A stretch of DNA of 64,000 bases from Eledone cirrhosa (GCA_964016885.1 OZ024752.1:9982001-10046000), one strand, 5' to 3'. Shown: positions 14,003-27,507, counted from the stretch's first letter. A program made the numbers and translations. Notes: a model not told the origin generated them from the letters alone.

Positions 14003-14458
14003 TTTTAGCAAAGCCAAAGAATTTGCACACATTCTCCGTATATATATTTTAACATAAGACATATGTCTATAATTATTTGATATTTTATGCATTTAATACT
14101 AATTTCCTTTCAATAAAACAAAAACAAGAAATATTCTCCTAAAAAAATAATTTCCAAGATAAGATAGATCTATGTTGATAGCACGATGAAGTACCATTAA
14201 CTTTCGTACAATTAATCAAATATGTATTCTATAAATATAACTGATTGCAAGTCATAGTTATTATTATAAATATTTTTGATATGTTCATCATATTCAGTAA
14301 AACTAGAAAGAAATCATACACAATTAATTTAGTATATATTTATATCGATTTGCCAAACACTTGAAACATTAATGTAAATAACATAAATAAAATATGACAA
14401 TCTGTGCGATAATTATTGTAGTATTATAAAGCTAACTCTATTTAAGCAGCACACCACC

Positions 14459-14646
14459 ACGGTGGCTTGGCAGTATCAGTAGAGGGTCGGACGCCATGCT
14501 TTCTAGCATAGTTACGTCCCTTTACGATCTGAGTTCAAATCCCGCCGAGGTTGACTTTGCCTTTCATCCTTACGGGGTCGATAAAATAAAGTACCAGTAA
14601 TGCACTGGGTAATTGCTGGCCTTGTGCCTAAAATAGAAACAATTAT
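14459..14646 (+). mobile_element. SINE S1, full length
   Basis: tRNA-like head with A and B boxes, Deu/Nin-domain-like body, agaaacaattat end. Confidence 0.9.
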
Positions 14647-15824
14647 ATGTTACTGGGAATTATGTTATAGCAATAACTATTTCATGAATGACAAGCCAAT
14701 AAGGCAAATGTTACATTGTCACTCAACTTGCTAGAAAGGCTAGCTAAATTCCATTCAGATCACATGTAGGCAATCTCGTCCAGTGTAAACAAGACTGAAT
14801 AAAAATATCCAAAATCACTCATAGAAGTCATCTAATCATAACCCTGTTAAATCAGGGGCAAATTAGCGCTAAATAAGAACAACTCTTTGGCTATTGATTT
14901 TTTCGATTGTAGTATGATATTCCTGATACAATATACTTAAAACTGATGCCGTTCCCAAACTGAAAAATAAGAACCGAATATAAGACTTATTATTCCATTT
15001 TCTGTGACATCGCAATGTATTTTGTGCGATTTTTAGTTACACATTTTGTGGTTTACATGAGGTATAGAACCTCACAATTTGTATTAAAAAAATGAACATA
15101 ATATATTTCCTACAGATAAATTATATAGTGAGTAAAGCGTCAATTTTGTCATACGTAGTTATAGAAATAAAACTGTGGCGATGAATGCAGAACACCCAGT
15201 AAAACACACATTTTAGCCCTGTCAGCAAAGAGAATATTTCAGAATGTTAAATTAAGAATGATGACGGTACGTTGAACAGTACGGCAATGAGTGACCGTAC
15301 ACTGCAAATCCTATATAACACCCAAGTAAGCTAGAGAGGTTAAAATTCACTGTATTGATAATTATTCCAATAGAACACAGTTGGCATATATCAGAACCAC
15401 AGAAATATCCTTTGGCTAGTTGTTCTCTACTACATCAATATTCCCATCCATTTGCAGTTCATACATTGATGTGAGTAATCATTTGTGTGAGAATAACAAA
15501 TATCGATTATAATTTCAATCAATTTTCACGAAGTAAATTATATTTTCATGGTGAGAATATTACCCGATTTTTTTTTCATATCAGATATTCCGATAAGGAA
15601 TAACCTGCAACACTGGTTAAGAATTACAATCACAATCAACATACAGATATAAATCTTATATCATTTCTTTTTTTTGATTTTTTGGTTGGAAAATATCTGA
15701 TAAGTTGTGAGATAAGGAAAAATTCACTGAAAAATCAACTGCATATATATATATATACATATATATATGTGAGTGTGTGCGTGTGTTTGAATTTAATATG
15801 GAAATGGATTATACAGAACTACGA

Positions 15825-15890
15825 TGATTTCGTTCGAATGAAACAGTTCTAGTCTTGTAGAAGCCATTTCTATATTAATATATTTATAAC
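15825..15890 (+). mobile_element. Family B fragment with degenerate HHR
   Basis: acta-cgatga-tttcgttcgaat-GAAA-cagt-TC-tagt. Confidence 0.5.
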
Positions 15891-15892
15891 CC

Positions 15893-15985
<93 letters not shown>

Positions 15986-16024
15986 ACACACACTCACACA
16001 CACACATATATATATAAATATATT

Positions 16025-16409
16025 ATAGATTTTGAGTTTATGTTGGTTGTATACCAACACCTCAATATGCAGGCTGGAGCACTCGACGAACTGCGCAGGT
16101 AGGTTTGGTTACTCCGGAGTAGTGTAGAATAAAGTTAAATAAAAGTCAAATGATTAAAATTTAGCTTCGTTTATTACTGCTATATATATTTCAGTGACAG
16201 CCAACAAGGCATAACAACCCAACAAGGAACTGGGCATATCAGAGTATTGACAATATTATACACCTCAACAACATATGTACTTGTCTATACCATACTAATT
16301 CAAACTGCCTGAAGAGGTCACAGCCAAAGATGGCTGTCACTGAAATATATATAGCAGTAATAAACGAAGCTAAATTTTAATCATTTGACTTTTATTTAAC
16401 TTTATTCTA
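16025..16409. mobile_element. Foldback PLE cassette, family I
   Basis: Arms 16125-16203 and 16331-16409; the left arm carries an extra ~100-nt tail; homologous to 25316-25850. Confidence 0.8.
16304..16358 (+). ncRNA. Hammerhead ribozyme motif, family I
   Basis: actgc-CTGAAGA-ggtcacagcc aaagat ggctgtcact-GAAA-tatata-TA-gcagt. Confidence 0.8.
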
Positions 16410-16444
16410 TATATATATATTATATATATATTATATACATACAA

Positions 16445-16617
16445 TTGACAGCAATCAAATATATATATATATATATATATATTGCTTTATTGTACTACAA
16501 TAAAACTCACCTCCTACATATATATATGTATATATACAGAGAGAGAGATGATAATGTGCTTTGTAACTGCAGTTATTGCTGGCGCGTCGTTACAAAGCAC
16601 ATTATCATCTCTCTCTC

Positions 16618-16664
<47 letters not shown>

Positions 16665-16678
16665 TTGATTGCTGTCGA
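16445..16678. repeat. Nested palindrome in (TA)n/(GA)n
   Basis: Inner hairpin gagatgataatgtgctttgtaac..gttacaaagcacattatcatctc; outer gacagcaatcaa..ttgattgctgtc. Confidence 0.7.
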
Positions 16679-16719
16679 TGTATGTATATATTTTGTTGGG
16701 ACACCCTATTTATATATAT

Positions 16720-16773
<54 letters not shown>

Positions 16774-16798
16774 CTTCAAAATATTACACATACATGCA

Positions 16799-16914
<116 letters not shown>

Positions 16915-17129
16915 GTTTGTGTGCGTGAGTATGTATGTATATAGATACACACACATATATCTATATGTGTGTGTGTCTGTATGTCTATATATATATATAC
17001 GGTATTAGAATTGGTGCTCTGAACTACCGATGTATACATGAAAGTATGTTTAGTAAATTTGGCAAAACCCCGTATGTTTAATTAAAAAAGATTTAGAAGA
17101 TCTTACGTTATTGATTTTAAAGTAGTGAC

Positions 17130-17350
17130 TTGATCCCGGGTTCAATTGGGGGTAACGACAGTAAGTAAGGTACTCAATACATGCACGGTTTCTAACCAAT
17201 GTTATAATAACATAATCAATGCCGCGAGAACTCTCACTTGAGTATAATGCCATTTATATTATCTTTTCTTAATTTCTGGACAACTACATCCGGAGAAATC
17301 TTAAGACCCTGATGATTTCTCTCGAATGAAACAGTTCTAGTCCTGTAGAG
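17130..17350. mobile_element. Family B cassette with an internal foreign segment
   Basis: Family B tail 17130-17181; HHR-like CTGATGA..GAAAcagttc at ~17305-17345; the middle matches the reverse complement of 24428-24560. Confidence 0.65.
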
Positions 17351-17373
17351 ACCTTTGTATGTTATATATATAT

Positions 17374-17497
17374 ATTTATTAAAATAACAGATTAAAGTTT
17401 AAGCAAAGAATCGCTGCTTTCACCCTTAACGGGATCTTCTGAAACTAACAAACTTATCGAGCCCTCTTTGGACTTTAGTCTTCAAATTTATTATTAT

Positions 17498-17500
<3 letters not shown>
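17374..17500 (+). mobile_element. Short TA-flanked interspersed repeat, family L
   Basis: Copies at 34256-34305 (inverted), 34617-34695 and 44600-44672 plus 45003-45045. Confidence 0.65.
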
Positions 17501-17583
<83 letters not shown>

Positions 17584-17722
17584 GTTAAACAAGATTCAAT
17601 GAGTATATCAAAGAATGAGTTTTACAGTAGATTGGAAGCACTCTACCGCAAAATAATTTTCCAGAGTTATTAATATTAAAATAGAAATATTAATAAAATA
17701 GATGTTCTTTTGATCAATTACA

Positions 17723-17773
17723 TTTTATTATACATATTTCGGATGTACAACAGTACGTCCTCATCAGACAAAA
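17723..17773 (-). ncRNA. Hammerhead ribozyme motif, family A
   Basis: Minus strand reads ttttgt-CTGATGA-ggacgtac tgtt gtacatcc-GAAA-tatgta-TA-ataaaa. Confidence 0.8.
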
Positions 17774-17835
17774 TATAACTACCTTGATTAAATCTTAACC
17801 ATTTAACATCTCAGGGCATGTCATGTATCATTATA

Positions 17836-17886
17836 TTTTGTCTGGTGAGGACGTACTGTTGTACATCCGAAATATGTATAATAAAA
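17836..17886 (+). ncRNA. Hammerhead motif with A6G core change, family A
   Basis: Mirror of the partner arm but core reads CTGGTGA. Confidence 0.6.
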
Positions 17887-17979
17887 TGTAATTGATCAAA
17901 AGAACATCTATTTTATTAATATTTGTATTTTAATATATATATATATATAAACGAAACTTATCGAACAGAAGGGACTCAG

Positions 17980-18088
<109 letters not shown>

Positions 18089-18399
18089 GGTCAGTACGTT
18101 ATTAGCAACACATATCTGCAAATTCAAAGTGCACCATATCCATTTATCCCTTCAAGGAATCGATATTTCCCATATTGAATATTCGTAAAAAGCCGTATGT
18201 ATGCCATGTGTATATACGGACGCTGTGAACTTCAACTTTTACTATTGAAGTACATTATGTTCTGACGTTCCCAGAATACAATTGTCCAATGCTCAATTGT
18301 TTTGAGACACATTTTCAGTACAATTATATTTAAAACAATAAAACCACAGTATAAATAAACATACAAATATATGAACCTGCGCATTCTTGTACCCATATA

Positions 18400-18482
18400 A
18401 ACACAAATATACATACGCACACATACATCATGACATACATACCTACATACATAAATACATATATGAATACGTACATATATAT

Positions 18483-18515
<33 letters not shown>

Positions 18516-18534
18516 CATACATATATATATATAT

Positions 18535-18567
<33 letters not shown>

Positions 18568-18612
18568 CATACATACATATATATATATATATACATACAT
18601 ATATATATATAT

Positions 18613-18703
<91 letters not shown>

Positions 18704-18945
18704 TATACATATATATATATATATAGAGAGAGAGATAGAGAGATATATATAGATATATGTTTACATGCGTGAATATGTGCATATATGTGTGTATGTATAA
18801 ATATATATATATATATATATCCATATATATGTATATATATATACACACATATATATATCTATATATATACATATTTATGTATATATATACATATATCTAT
18901 ATATATACATATATACATACAGGTACACATACATATATGCACGTA
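18400..18945. repeat. (TA)n/(TACA)n compound satellite
   Basis: Seen directly. Confidence 0.95.
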
Positions 18946-19071
18946 TCAGTTTAGCGGACGCTTATTATAACGCCGCTTTGTTCGTTTGTAAACAAACTGA
19001 ACAGCCTGAATTTTTATGCTGTACGGTGTTAAGGCAACCACCTCACCTTTTTGTTCAACACTGACACAGGA

Positions 19072-19114
19072 ACGATGTACTAGTTTCAAGCTTGTTACCT
19101 ATCATCAGCACCGT
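19072..19114 (-). ncRNA. Hammerhead ribozyme motif, family G (element ~18960-19250)
   Basis: Minus strand reads acggtg-CTGATGA-taggtaacaagctt-GAAA-ctag-TA-catcgt. Confidence 0.7.
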
Positions 19115-19358
19115 ATACCCATCTGCCAGATAGTTGAACGTTCTAAAGTATATACTTTCCTTATGAAAATTAACGGCTGAGCAGCCTAATTTGCATATCG
19201 AGTGAGCTAAGTCGGTCAGGCATACCGTACGTCTGTATACATATATGTATGTACGTATACACACATACTTGCATTTATATATTTATATATATACATATAT
19301 ATTTATATATATACATATATATTTATATATATACATATATATTTATATATATACACAG

Positions 19359-19392
<34 letters not shown>

Positions 19393-19462
19393 GTATATAT
19401 ACAAATATATATGTATATATATAAATATATATGTATATATATAAGTATATATGTATACATAT

Positions 19463-19712
19463 AAAGAGGTCACAGGGTGTTTGACGAAAGAACTATGACA
19501 ATATATAAACAACTATCTGGTTGTGGAACCAACCAACCAACCAGAAATTTATAAATTTATAAATTTATTATACATTTTTATAATAAATTGAAGTGAAAGC
19601 AACTGGTGCGTGTGTTTCCTATTCGCAACATGACCCTCCCAAAGTATAACAATATCGGTTTCAACACACGATTTCAGATAAAGAATCTTGCTAAACGAAT
19701 TCAGAAACGAAA
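19463..19712 (+). mobile_element. PLE-type tail, family E (truncated inside the HHR core)
   Basis: Homologous to 36880-37112 and to the reverse complement of 35375-35560. Confidence 0.7.
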
Positions 19713-20018
19713 TATATATATATATATATATATTGAATAGGAAGTTAATTATATGTCCAAACTTTGCTAATGCTCCGAGCAATCCAAACGAAAGTTTGGA
19801 AGAAACGATTGTCAGCAATAAAATGATGTGAACATAGTTTTGAATATTGTGTAATTTATATTCCTGCTCTGTAAAACATCTGATATATTTATATTAAGCT
19901 ATTTTTCTTACTGGTAATATGGTAGTAATAAATTACTGACCTTTCCTGTTTATAATTGTATATAGTGTATATATAATTATAAATATTATTATTATTATTA
20001 ATAATAATAATAATATTA

Positions 20019-20255
20019 AGTTCAAATCCCGTCGAGGTTAATTTTGCCTTTCATCCGTACGGGTCGATAAAATAAAGTACCAGTAATGTACTGGGTAATT
20101 GCTGGCCTTGTCCCAAAAGTAGAAATAATTATTATTAATAAAATAATCCCGCCGAGGTTAACTTTGCCTTTCTTCCTTACGGGGTCGATAAAATAAAGCA
20201 CCAGTAATGCACTGGGTAATTGCTAGCCTTGTGCCAAAAGCAGAAACAATTATTA
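20019..20255 (+). mobile_element. Two tandem 5'-truncated SINE S1 copies
   Basis: 20019-20134 and 20145-20255. Confidence 0.85.
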
Positions 20256-20718
20256 TTAATATTATATATATATATATATATTTACTTCATCTTGTATTGG
20301 ATTCGTAAGATTCCTGAGGTGAAAACGTGTGTTGGAACCAGTATTGTTATTATCTGGGCGGTTAATAATACCAATAAAAGTACACAGACCAGTTAATTTT
20401 CATCTTATTTTATTATTAGATGGGTCAATAATCACTTCATATGGCATTTTAAAAACCAGGTAATTTTTTTAGTTGTTAATTATCAATTGATGTTCATTAC
20501 GGCATTATGTGTGCTCGAAGATTTTGGACATATGTGTATTTTTTTTCGTTTTTGTCTCCTTTTGCTCCTCAAATGTTAGTTGCCATTCTTCTGCATTTAC
20601 GGACCGAACAGTTACAATGTGTATATTTCTTAACAGTTATGTGTATATCTCAAACACATTAAGAAATATACTGATAATACTTTAAATAAGATTAAATTTA
20701 ATAGAAATCATGAATGAA

Positions 20719-20851
20719 ATAATTGTTTCTACTTTAGGCACAAGGCCAGCAATTACCCAGTGTATTACTGGCACTTTATTTTATCGACCCCGTAAGGATG
20801 AAAGGCAAAGTCAACCTCGGCGGGATTTGAACTCAGAATGGCAAGGGCCGT
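20719..20851 (-). mobile_element. SINE S1, 5'-truncated
   Basis: B box through 3' end present. Confidence 0.85.
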
Positions 20852-20879
20852 ATCATAAATGAAATATTATCAGGTTCCC

Positions 20880-21080
20880 AACTTCTCGACTTAGGACATT
20901 ATGTAGACAAACTAGTACAACATTAAAAGAATACTCATACAGATATCCACACCTCTACACAGGGAATTCAGAAAATGGGCAACTACGTAATGACAGAAAA
21001 GAGAGACCTGGGTGAAAATGACATGGACATGTGTATACTATTTGGAGTAGAAACATTAAGTATAACATATATACATGAAC
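20880..21080 (+). pseudogene. Possible GIY-YIG endonuclease remnant (PLE ORF)
   Basis: Restoring one base gives YV(G)QTSTTLKE, resembling YxGxT of GIY-YIG; EKRDLGE follows downstream. Confidence 0.3.
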
Positions 21081-21559
21081 GGACACAGTTACACACAGGC
21101 CAAACAAAAAAGCTCGTAGAAGGAGTAGCAAACATACACACACACACACACATATATACACACACACACGCACACACAGACAGAAACGCACTGTAATGTG
21201 CAAGCCGCTAGACATGTCAATATCAACAACAACATAAATATAACAAAATCAGGACAAAGGAAGAGAGTAGCAAGAATAATTATTAATATGGTTACAGGAT
21301 TGGTCCCTAAATACAAGCGCATCTACCTCACCATCCCCCGGGGAAACGTCTTCTCTATTCTGTCTGCCGGGGCCGCGGGGCAGACAGCGCGTGGGCCCCC
21401 ATTTTCTCATAATAGTGAGAGATTGGGAGAGCGGTAGAGACGGAGGCAGTAACGGTGGAAATTTGGGTTTTTTTCTTATCCACACCCATAACACATATCT
21501 CAATTAAGATCTTCATGTTACTAACATTCCGAATCAATGGAACAGTTATTCAGCTAAGA

Positions 21560-22030
21560 GTAACTCAATTGAAACTAACCTCGTGTATTACTAGATTCAG
21601 AAAGTCGTGCATATGTTTAGCTAAACTCCCGTGACAGATATGCAGATCTGAAGATTTCGCTTGATGTATTATCAATCATCGTCGTTACCTTAAGGTATAT
21701 TCTTTAGATAAAGTTATGAGAAAACTTTCCGTCTGAAATTTACTAATTTCACCCAAGCCTTCTTGTTTGATTTCAAAATAACAGGCAAACACTTTCATGA
21801 TATTTCTCTCAGAGGTCATGTAGTTTCCAAATAATAAACGAGAATCTCTGGAGATGAAAGCACAACATGGCATTTTTTCCAGAAATGACATGTTTCATCT
21901 GCCATAAAAACAAAATCAATTGTATTGGTGAAATTTTCTGGCTGGCAGAATATCTGTAATCGCAGAGTCAATGGATATATATTTTTTTTTTTGCATATAT
22001 TATGTCGTTTCAATGTTGAATACCAAAAAT
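21560..22030 (-). pseudogene. Tigger/pogo transposase remnant
   Basis: KRHNI..VFMADETCHFWKK / MPCCAFIS resembles FKxRH and VFNADETGLFWKKMP; later LKVTTMIDNTSS; frameshifted. Confidence 0.8.
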
Positions 22031-22616
22031 TAATTGCTGTTAAGTCTTATGTCAGGTCACTCTAGTGCTACTGGTAGCATGTAACCCAGTTCAACTGTCG
22101 CATGGTCGAGTCGTTGGCTACTAAACCAGCACTAAAACAGGAACCCCACCAATTTACTTGGTGAGGGAGGGGATTTTGGACACCCTGTAGGACAAAATAC
22201 AAAACCTAACAAGCGCCGGAAGAACTCATGAGTCAAAGGCATCATAAACAAGAAAAATCCTGCCAAATCAATGGGTGGCAATAGTTCCAGCTGCACGCAT
22301 CGAAAGACTGGTGTAGTGGTTCTGAGAACAATGCGGCTTTGCAGATGATCAAGTTCGAGTTAAAAGAGAACTATTAACCTTCAGGAGAAGCAGCGACCCT
22401 GATTGTATTCAGCAACAGAAACAAATATGAAGTACACCAAATCCAATTCTCCTAGAAGCGGCCCTGGTTCTCTTATTTGCAAGTGTAAACTCAGCCAGAT
22501 TAGATTCGAAGTCTTATAACTTAACAGAGATACCTAAAATGTGATCAGAATATAATTACTTAAAGTATATATTACCTATTTGTAACAGCATTTTAAAATA
22601 CTGTCACTCATGTGAA

Positions 22617-22805
22617 ATAATTGTTTCTAATGTTAGCACAAGCCCAGCATTTAACCAGTACATTACTGGTACTTTATTTTATCGACCTCGTAAGGATGAA
22701 AGGCAAAGTTAACCTCCGCGGGATTTGAACTCAGAATGGAAAGGGCCGTAACTTTATGCGTCAAAGCATGCCGCCCGACCCTCTCCCGATTCTGCCAATC
22801 CACCG
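22617..22805 (-). mobile_element. SINE S1, full length
   Basis: A and B boxes and body present. Confidence 0.9.
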
Positions 22806-22825
22806 TGAAATAATGTTGGTGCTAG

Positions 22826-23098
22826 TCTTTCGATAACAAGTGTTCCAGATATGATCAACAGGATAGTCAGCCTGCTCGAGAAATTTAATAAGCACGTAGC
22901 TGAGCATTTCACAAACACATGTACACTTAACGTAGTTCTCAGGGAGACGCAGCATGAAAAAATGTGTAACATGGCTGGCACTTTAAATTATGAGTACAAC
23001 TCATTTTTACTAGCTGAGTAAACTGAAGCAATGTGAAATAAAGTATCTTGCTCAAAGACCCAACATGCTGCACAGGCTGGAAATATAACTCACCACCT
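22826..23098 (-). mobile_element. SINE S2, diverged
   Basis: Minus-strand core tctttgagcaagatactttatttcacattgc; homologous to 9137. Confidence 0.65.
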
Positions 23099-23139
23099 TA
23101 TAAATATGGTTTCTGATTTTGCTGGAACCGGTGAGATCC

Positions 23140-23312
23140 AAGATCAGAGTCGAACACCATGCTTTGCAGCATAGAGTTATGATCCTTTACGTTCTGAGTT
23201 CAAATCCCGCCGAGTTTAACTTTGCTTTTCATCCTTACGGCGTCGATAAAATAAAGCACCAGTAATACACTGGGGAAATTGCTGGTCTTGTGCCAAAAGT
23301 AGAAACAATTAT
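23140..23312 (+). mobile_element. SINE S1
   Basis: B box and body present. Confidence 0.85.
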
Positions 23313-23335
23313 TTTTTAAATCACAGACAATATTT

Positions 23336-23630
23336 ATAAGGTCATGAGTTTGATTTTCAGACTGGGCAGCACATTGTGCCCTTGGACAGGACTCATGACT
23401 TCCCATTGCTTCAGTTTACTCAGCTGGTAAGAATATGTTGTACCCATTGTACAAAGGATCAGCTGAAGGGTCTCATTGTATCAAGCAGATTCATTTTTTA
23501 GCGTCGATCTCAAGATCACGTGGTAAGCTATTCGATACATGGGACAAACGGTGACCGGTTGTTATTTGTGATAGGATCAAGTCCTAGAAATCTCCTACCA
23601 GATGCATTATCTTAGAAAGCCACCTAAACC
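23336..23630 (+). mobile_element. Old tRNA-SINE (S2-like) remnant
   Basis: gagtttgatttt..ttgtgcccttggacagg..ttgcttcagtttactcagctg. Confidence 0.45.
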
Positions 23631-23671
23631 TGCTTAGATGTGCGATATGTACATTTTACTTTCGTTTATTT

Positions 23672-23735
<64 letters not shown>

Positions 23736-23767
23736 TATATTCACGCACACACACACAACACACACAC

Positions 23768-23810
<43 letters not shown>

Positions 23811-23841
23811 GCACACATATATATATCACACATATATATAT

Positions 23842-23872
<31 letters not shown>

Positions 23873-25364
23873 CGAGAAGTAACACGAGTTGAAATATATT
23901 AGGAAAATAAGAAAAATGTAGAAAATGCTAATAGGACTTTCTTATAGAATCACAGGAAAATATTTTTTAAAAAGCAATTTCTAGTATCGGTTTCTTCGTG
24001 CTACAGGTAATAAGGTATATAATATTATTAAGGTGTATATTGAATTGAAGAGAACAATTTGAGAACATTGCTTACATATACATAAAAATTCAGATTTTCG
24101 TTTATCTCTTTCGCTCTCGCTCTCTGTCGCTCTTTCGCTCTCTCTCTCTGTCGCTCTTTCTCTCTCTCACTCCCTCTCTCTGTCTCTCTTCCTTTGTCGT
24201 TTTGCTCGTAAAATCTGTCCAGCGATTCTTTCCTGTGATATTCTAACCACATGCCCAGAGTATCGGAGTTGTGATCTCTTAATTCGGAAGAGAAGCGGAT
24301 CTATCTGGAGTGACTCTCTGATCTCTGAGTTACGCATTTTATCGAGTAACGTTACTCCAAAGACCCCTCGGAGAATATAACTGTGTCGGCTAAAAAATCT
24401 ACCAGGAACTCATTCAACTTGATCTCAGGATGTAGTTGTCCAGAAATTAAGAAAAGATAATATAAATGGCACTATACTCAAGTGAGGCCTGTATTCTATT
24501 AAGTGTAAGTTCTCCCGGCATTGATTATGTTATTATAACATTGCTTAGAAAACGTGCATAGATCGTGTTTCTCCATATCGGCTTATGGATAATTGATTAT
24601 AAAAATCGATAAATGCTTAAATTAAAAATAACAATACCTTGAATCATTTTCTATGAAACAAAAAGTTAACAAAATGATAATTTTGCTAAATATTTTGTCT
24701 GTTTTAGTTTGCATGAAAGGCCTTCAGGCGAAAATGTTGTTTATTTTCATTGAAAAATTAGTGAAACAAAATCCTGCATCAACTCATTGAAGCAATCGTA
24801 AAACTAATAGTAATTTTTCTGCTTTTGTTTAAAAAAACAACGGCCGATGATTATGGGTTATAAATATTGGCGCTGATCTGTGAAAGCAATATATTCTAGC
24901 AATTTAAACAGCGCCAGGAGCTTTTAGAAAATATACAGATATAGCACAATCGTTTAATATACCTGCTTTTATTGTCGCAGTGTAATTTGTTTATAAGATC
25001 AGATAACGTGGATAGCGAAATATTAAAATCCCATGGGACATTATGCGTAATAAACCGTATTTGTCACAAGGTGTGTATTTCTGTATCAGTGAATACATTA
25101 GTTATCCTCATTCGAAGACATTATAGTTTGTCCCATTTCCATAAAAGTAAATTATTCTCTATTTACTTAAATAAAACAGAGAATCAGAAACTATACCTTA
25201 GTTATTTGGCTTTTAATGACATTTGCACATGTATATAAATTTATACGTGCAATCTAAGGCACACGGGAGATTAAAATGCAGTCAGATCTGGATATGTATG
25301 CGTGTATATATATATAAAATAATTAATTCAAATATTTAAAATGTGAGTTCGTTTATAACGATAT

Positions 25365-25419
25365 ACTGCTATATATGTTTCGGTGACAGCCATCATTGGC
25401 TGTGACCTCTTCAGGCAGT
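25365..25419 (-). ncRNA. Hammerhead ribozyme motif, family I
   Basis: Minus strand reads actgc-CTGAAGA-ggtcacagcc aatgat ggctgtcacc-GAAA-catata-TA-gcagt. Confidence 0.8.
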
Positions 25420-25649
25420 CCGAATTAGTGTGGTATAGACAAGTACATATGTTGTTGAAGTGTGTTTTACTCCGTCAATACTCCGATATGTCCAGCTCCT
25501 GGTTGCGTTGTTATTTTTCTAAGGAACTGAATATGATACCAGTTCCTCAGAGAAATCACAACGCAACCAGGAGCTGGACATATCGGTGTATTGACGGAGT
25601 AAAACAAAATTCAACAACATATGTACCTGTCTCTACCACACCAATTCGG

Positions 25650-25704
25650 ACTGCCTGGAGAGGTCACAGCCAATGATGGCTGTCACCGAAACATATATAG
25701 CAGT
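25650..25704 (+). ncRNA. Hammerhead motif with A6G core change, family I
   Basis: Same as the partner arm but core reads CTGGAGA. Confidence 0.6.
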
Positions 25705-25868
25705 ATATCTTTAATAAACGAACTCAAATTTTAAATATTTGATTTAATTATTTTACATTATTCCGGAGTAACCAAACCAACCTGCGTACTTCGTAGAGTG
25801 CTCCAATCTGCATCCTGAGGTGTCGGTAAACAACCAACATATAATCAATATATATATATATTGTTATA

Positions 25869-25925
<57 letters not shown>

Positions 25926-25939
25926 TATATATATATAAG

Positions 25940-26121
25940 TTTATCCCTGGTTCAATCGGGGGTAACCACAGTAAGTAAGGTATTCAATACATAGCAGAGT
26001 ATAAGTATTTAATATAGAAATTGCTTTTACAGGACTAGGACTGTTTCATTCGGGAGAAATCATCAGGAAGCCTGATGATTTCTCCCGAATGAAACAGTCC
26101 TAGTCCTGTAGAAGCAATTTC
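25940..26121. mobile_element. Foldback cassette, family B
   Basis: ~50-bp arms meeting at tcatcagg-aag-cctgatga; each arm has CTGATGA..GAAAcag; ~75-nt extra tail on the left. Confidence 0.8.
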
Positions 26122-26726
26122 TCTCTCTCTCTCTGCGTCTATATCTATATCTCTCTCTATATATATATGTATGTATGTATACTCATTATAAAATAGTGAA
26201 TGACATATATATACACACATAAATATCTAAATATATATATTTATAGTAGAACATATCAAACTTTCTAGTTGGTGTGAACCCTTTCATGTCATTGCAGACG
26301 ATGATTGCGTGTGTTGGTTGTTTTTATAACACTATGTTTCTCTCTCAGTTCTGTATGTTAACGGGTGGGAGTTTAGTTAGAGCGATTCTCTCACTGACAA
26401 TCCAGATTGATTATCTAACTTCACCCACATTTGCTGAAACGTATTCATGATTTGTGAAGGATACATATGAGGGAAATTTTTATCATATATCTTTGTTAAA
26501 TTTTAATATGATACTCTAACAATCTATGTATTCTTTCATTCTTTACAGATTGTCTCTTGTTATAGTTTGATATGTCCTATTATACATTTATTTCATTAGA
26601 TATGCATATATGTCTTTTCACTATTTTGTAATGAGTAAATGCTCGCAGTTTTTGTTTGAGCTTTCTTGGGGGGAGAGGGGAATAAGCCACATGTACTCAA
26701 ACGTGGCATCTATAACTTTGAATGCA

Positions 26727-26756
<30 letters not shown>

Positions 26757-26757
<1 letters not shown>

Positions 26758-27093
26758 AGAAGACCCCCTTCGGTCATGAATGACCATGTGATTTCCACCT
26801 AGAAAGTTTCCCTCCGAGGCACAAGTTTGGGTAAGGTTGTTTTAAGAAAGACCAGCAGTCGCCCATGCATACCAGTCTCCCCTCCCACGCCACTGATGTT
26901 GTCCAAGGGAAAGGCAATGGCCAATACAATATGGCACCAGTGACGACGCAACTCATTTCTACAGATGAGTAAACTGGAGCTACGTGAAATAAAGTATCTT
27001 GCTCAAGGACACAACGCATCACCCGGTCTGAGAATCGAACTTGTAACCTTTTAATTGCAACCCCAATGCTCTAACCACTAAGCCATGCGCCTT
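26757..27093 (-). mobile_element. tRNA-derived SINE, near full length
   Basis: Minus-strand head ggcgcatggcttagtggttagagc..gttcgattctc; core gtgtccttgagcaagatacttt. Confidence 0.85.
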
Positions 27094-27189
27094 CACTATA
27101 TATATATATATATACATACACGTATATATATATATATATATATATATATGTCGAAACGGCAAGAGCTCTGCCGCCAGGGCCCTGATTCT

Positions 27190-27274
<85 letters not shown>

Positions 27275-27473
27275 GTAAATATTCTATTACGGTCGGCCGC
27301 GAAGAGGTTGCTGTCGTTTATTTATCAATTATTTCTTCATAGGAGTTCTTTAATCTTTTAGCCTGGTCTAATAGATATTTTATGTGGTTAATTATGCTAA
27401 TTGGGAGAGGAAATGGTATATATATATATTATCAAATGATTCTATGGACATACTTTATGATATATATATATAG

Positions 27474-27507
<34 letters not shown>

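Larger units (their letters stand above)
17578..17925. mobile_element. Foldback PLE cassette with two inverted HHRs, family A
   Basis: Arms ~17685-17777 and ~17832-17923; the left arm has a ~105-nt extra tail. Confidence 0.85.
25316..25850. mobile_element. Foldback PLE cassette with two inverted HHRs, family I
   Basis: ~215-bp arms spanning 25316-25754 with a ~10-nt loop near 25535; ~95-nt extra tail on the right; (TA)n flanks. Confidence 0.9.

Noticed and set aside
14459-14550. tRNA gene calls at SINE heads
   Set aside because: A and B boxes are present, but there is no complete cloverleaf and each head continues into a SINE body.
21320-21470. GC-rich patch with a ctgtctgcc..ggcagacag hairpin, as a CpG-island promoter
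   Set aside because: Too short; more likely the end of the adjacent DNA transposon relic or a MITE.
22050-22340. Possible RTE 5' UTR or SINE remnant (aaggcatc..aaaatcctgccaaatcaa)
   Set aside because: A single short motif recalled from memory, with no second copy in the window to set boundaries.
24105-24420. CT-rich tract followed by ATG at 24251, as a promoter and first exon
   Set aside because: The ORF stops after seven codons, and CT tracts are common throughout this window.
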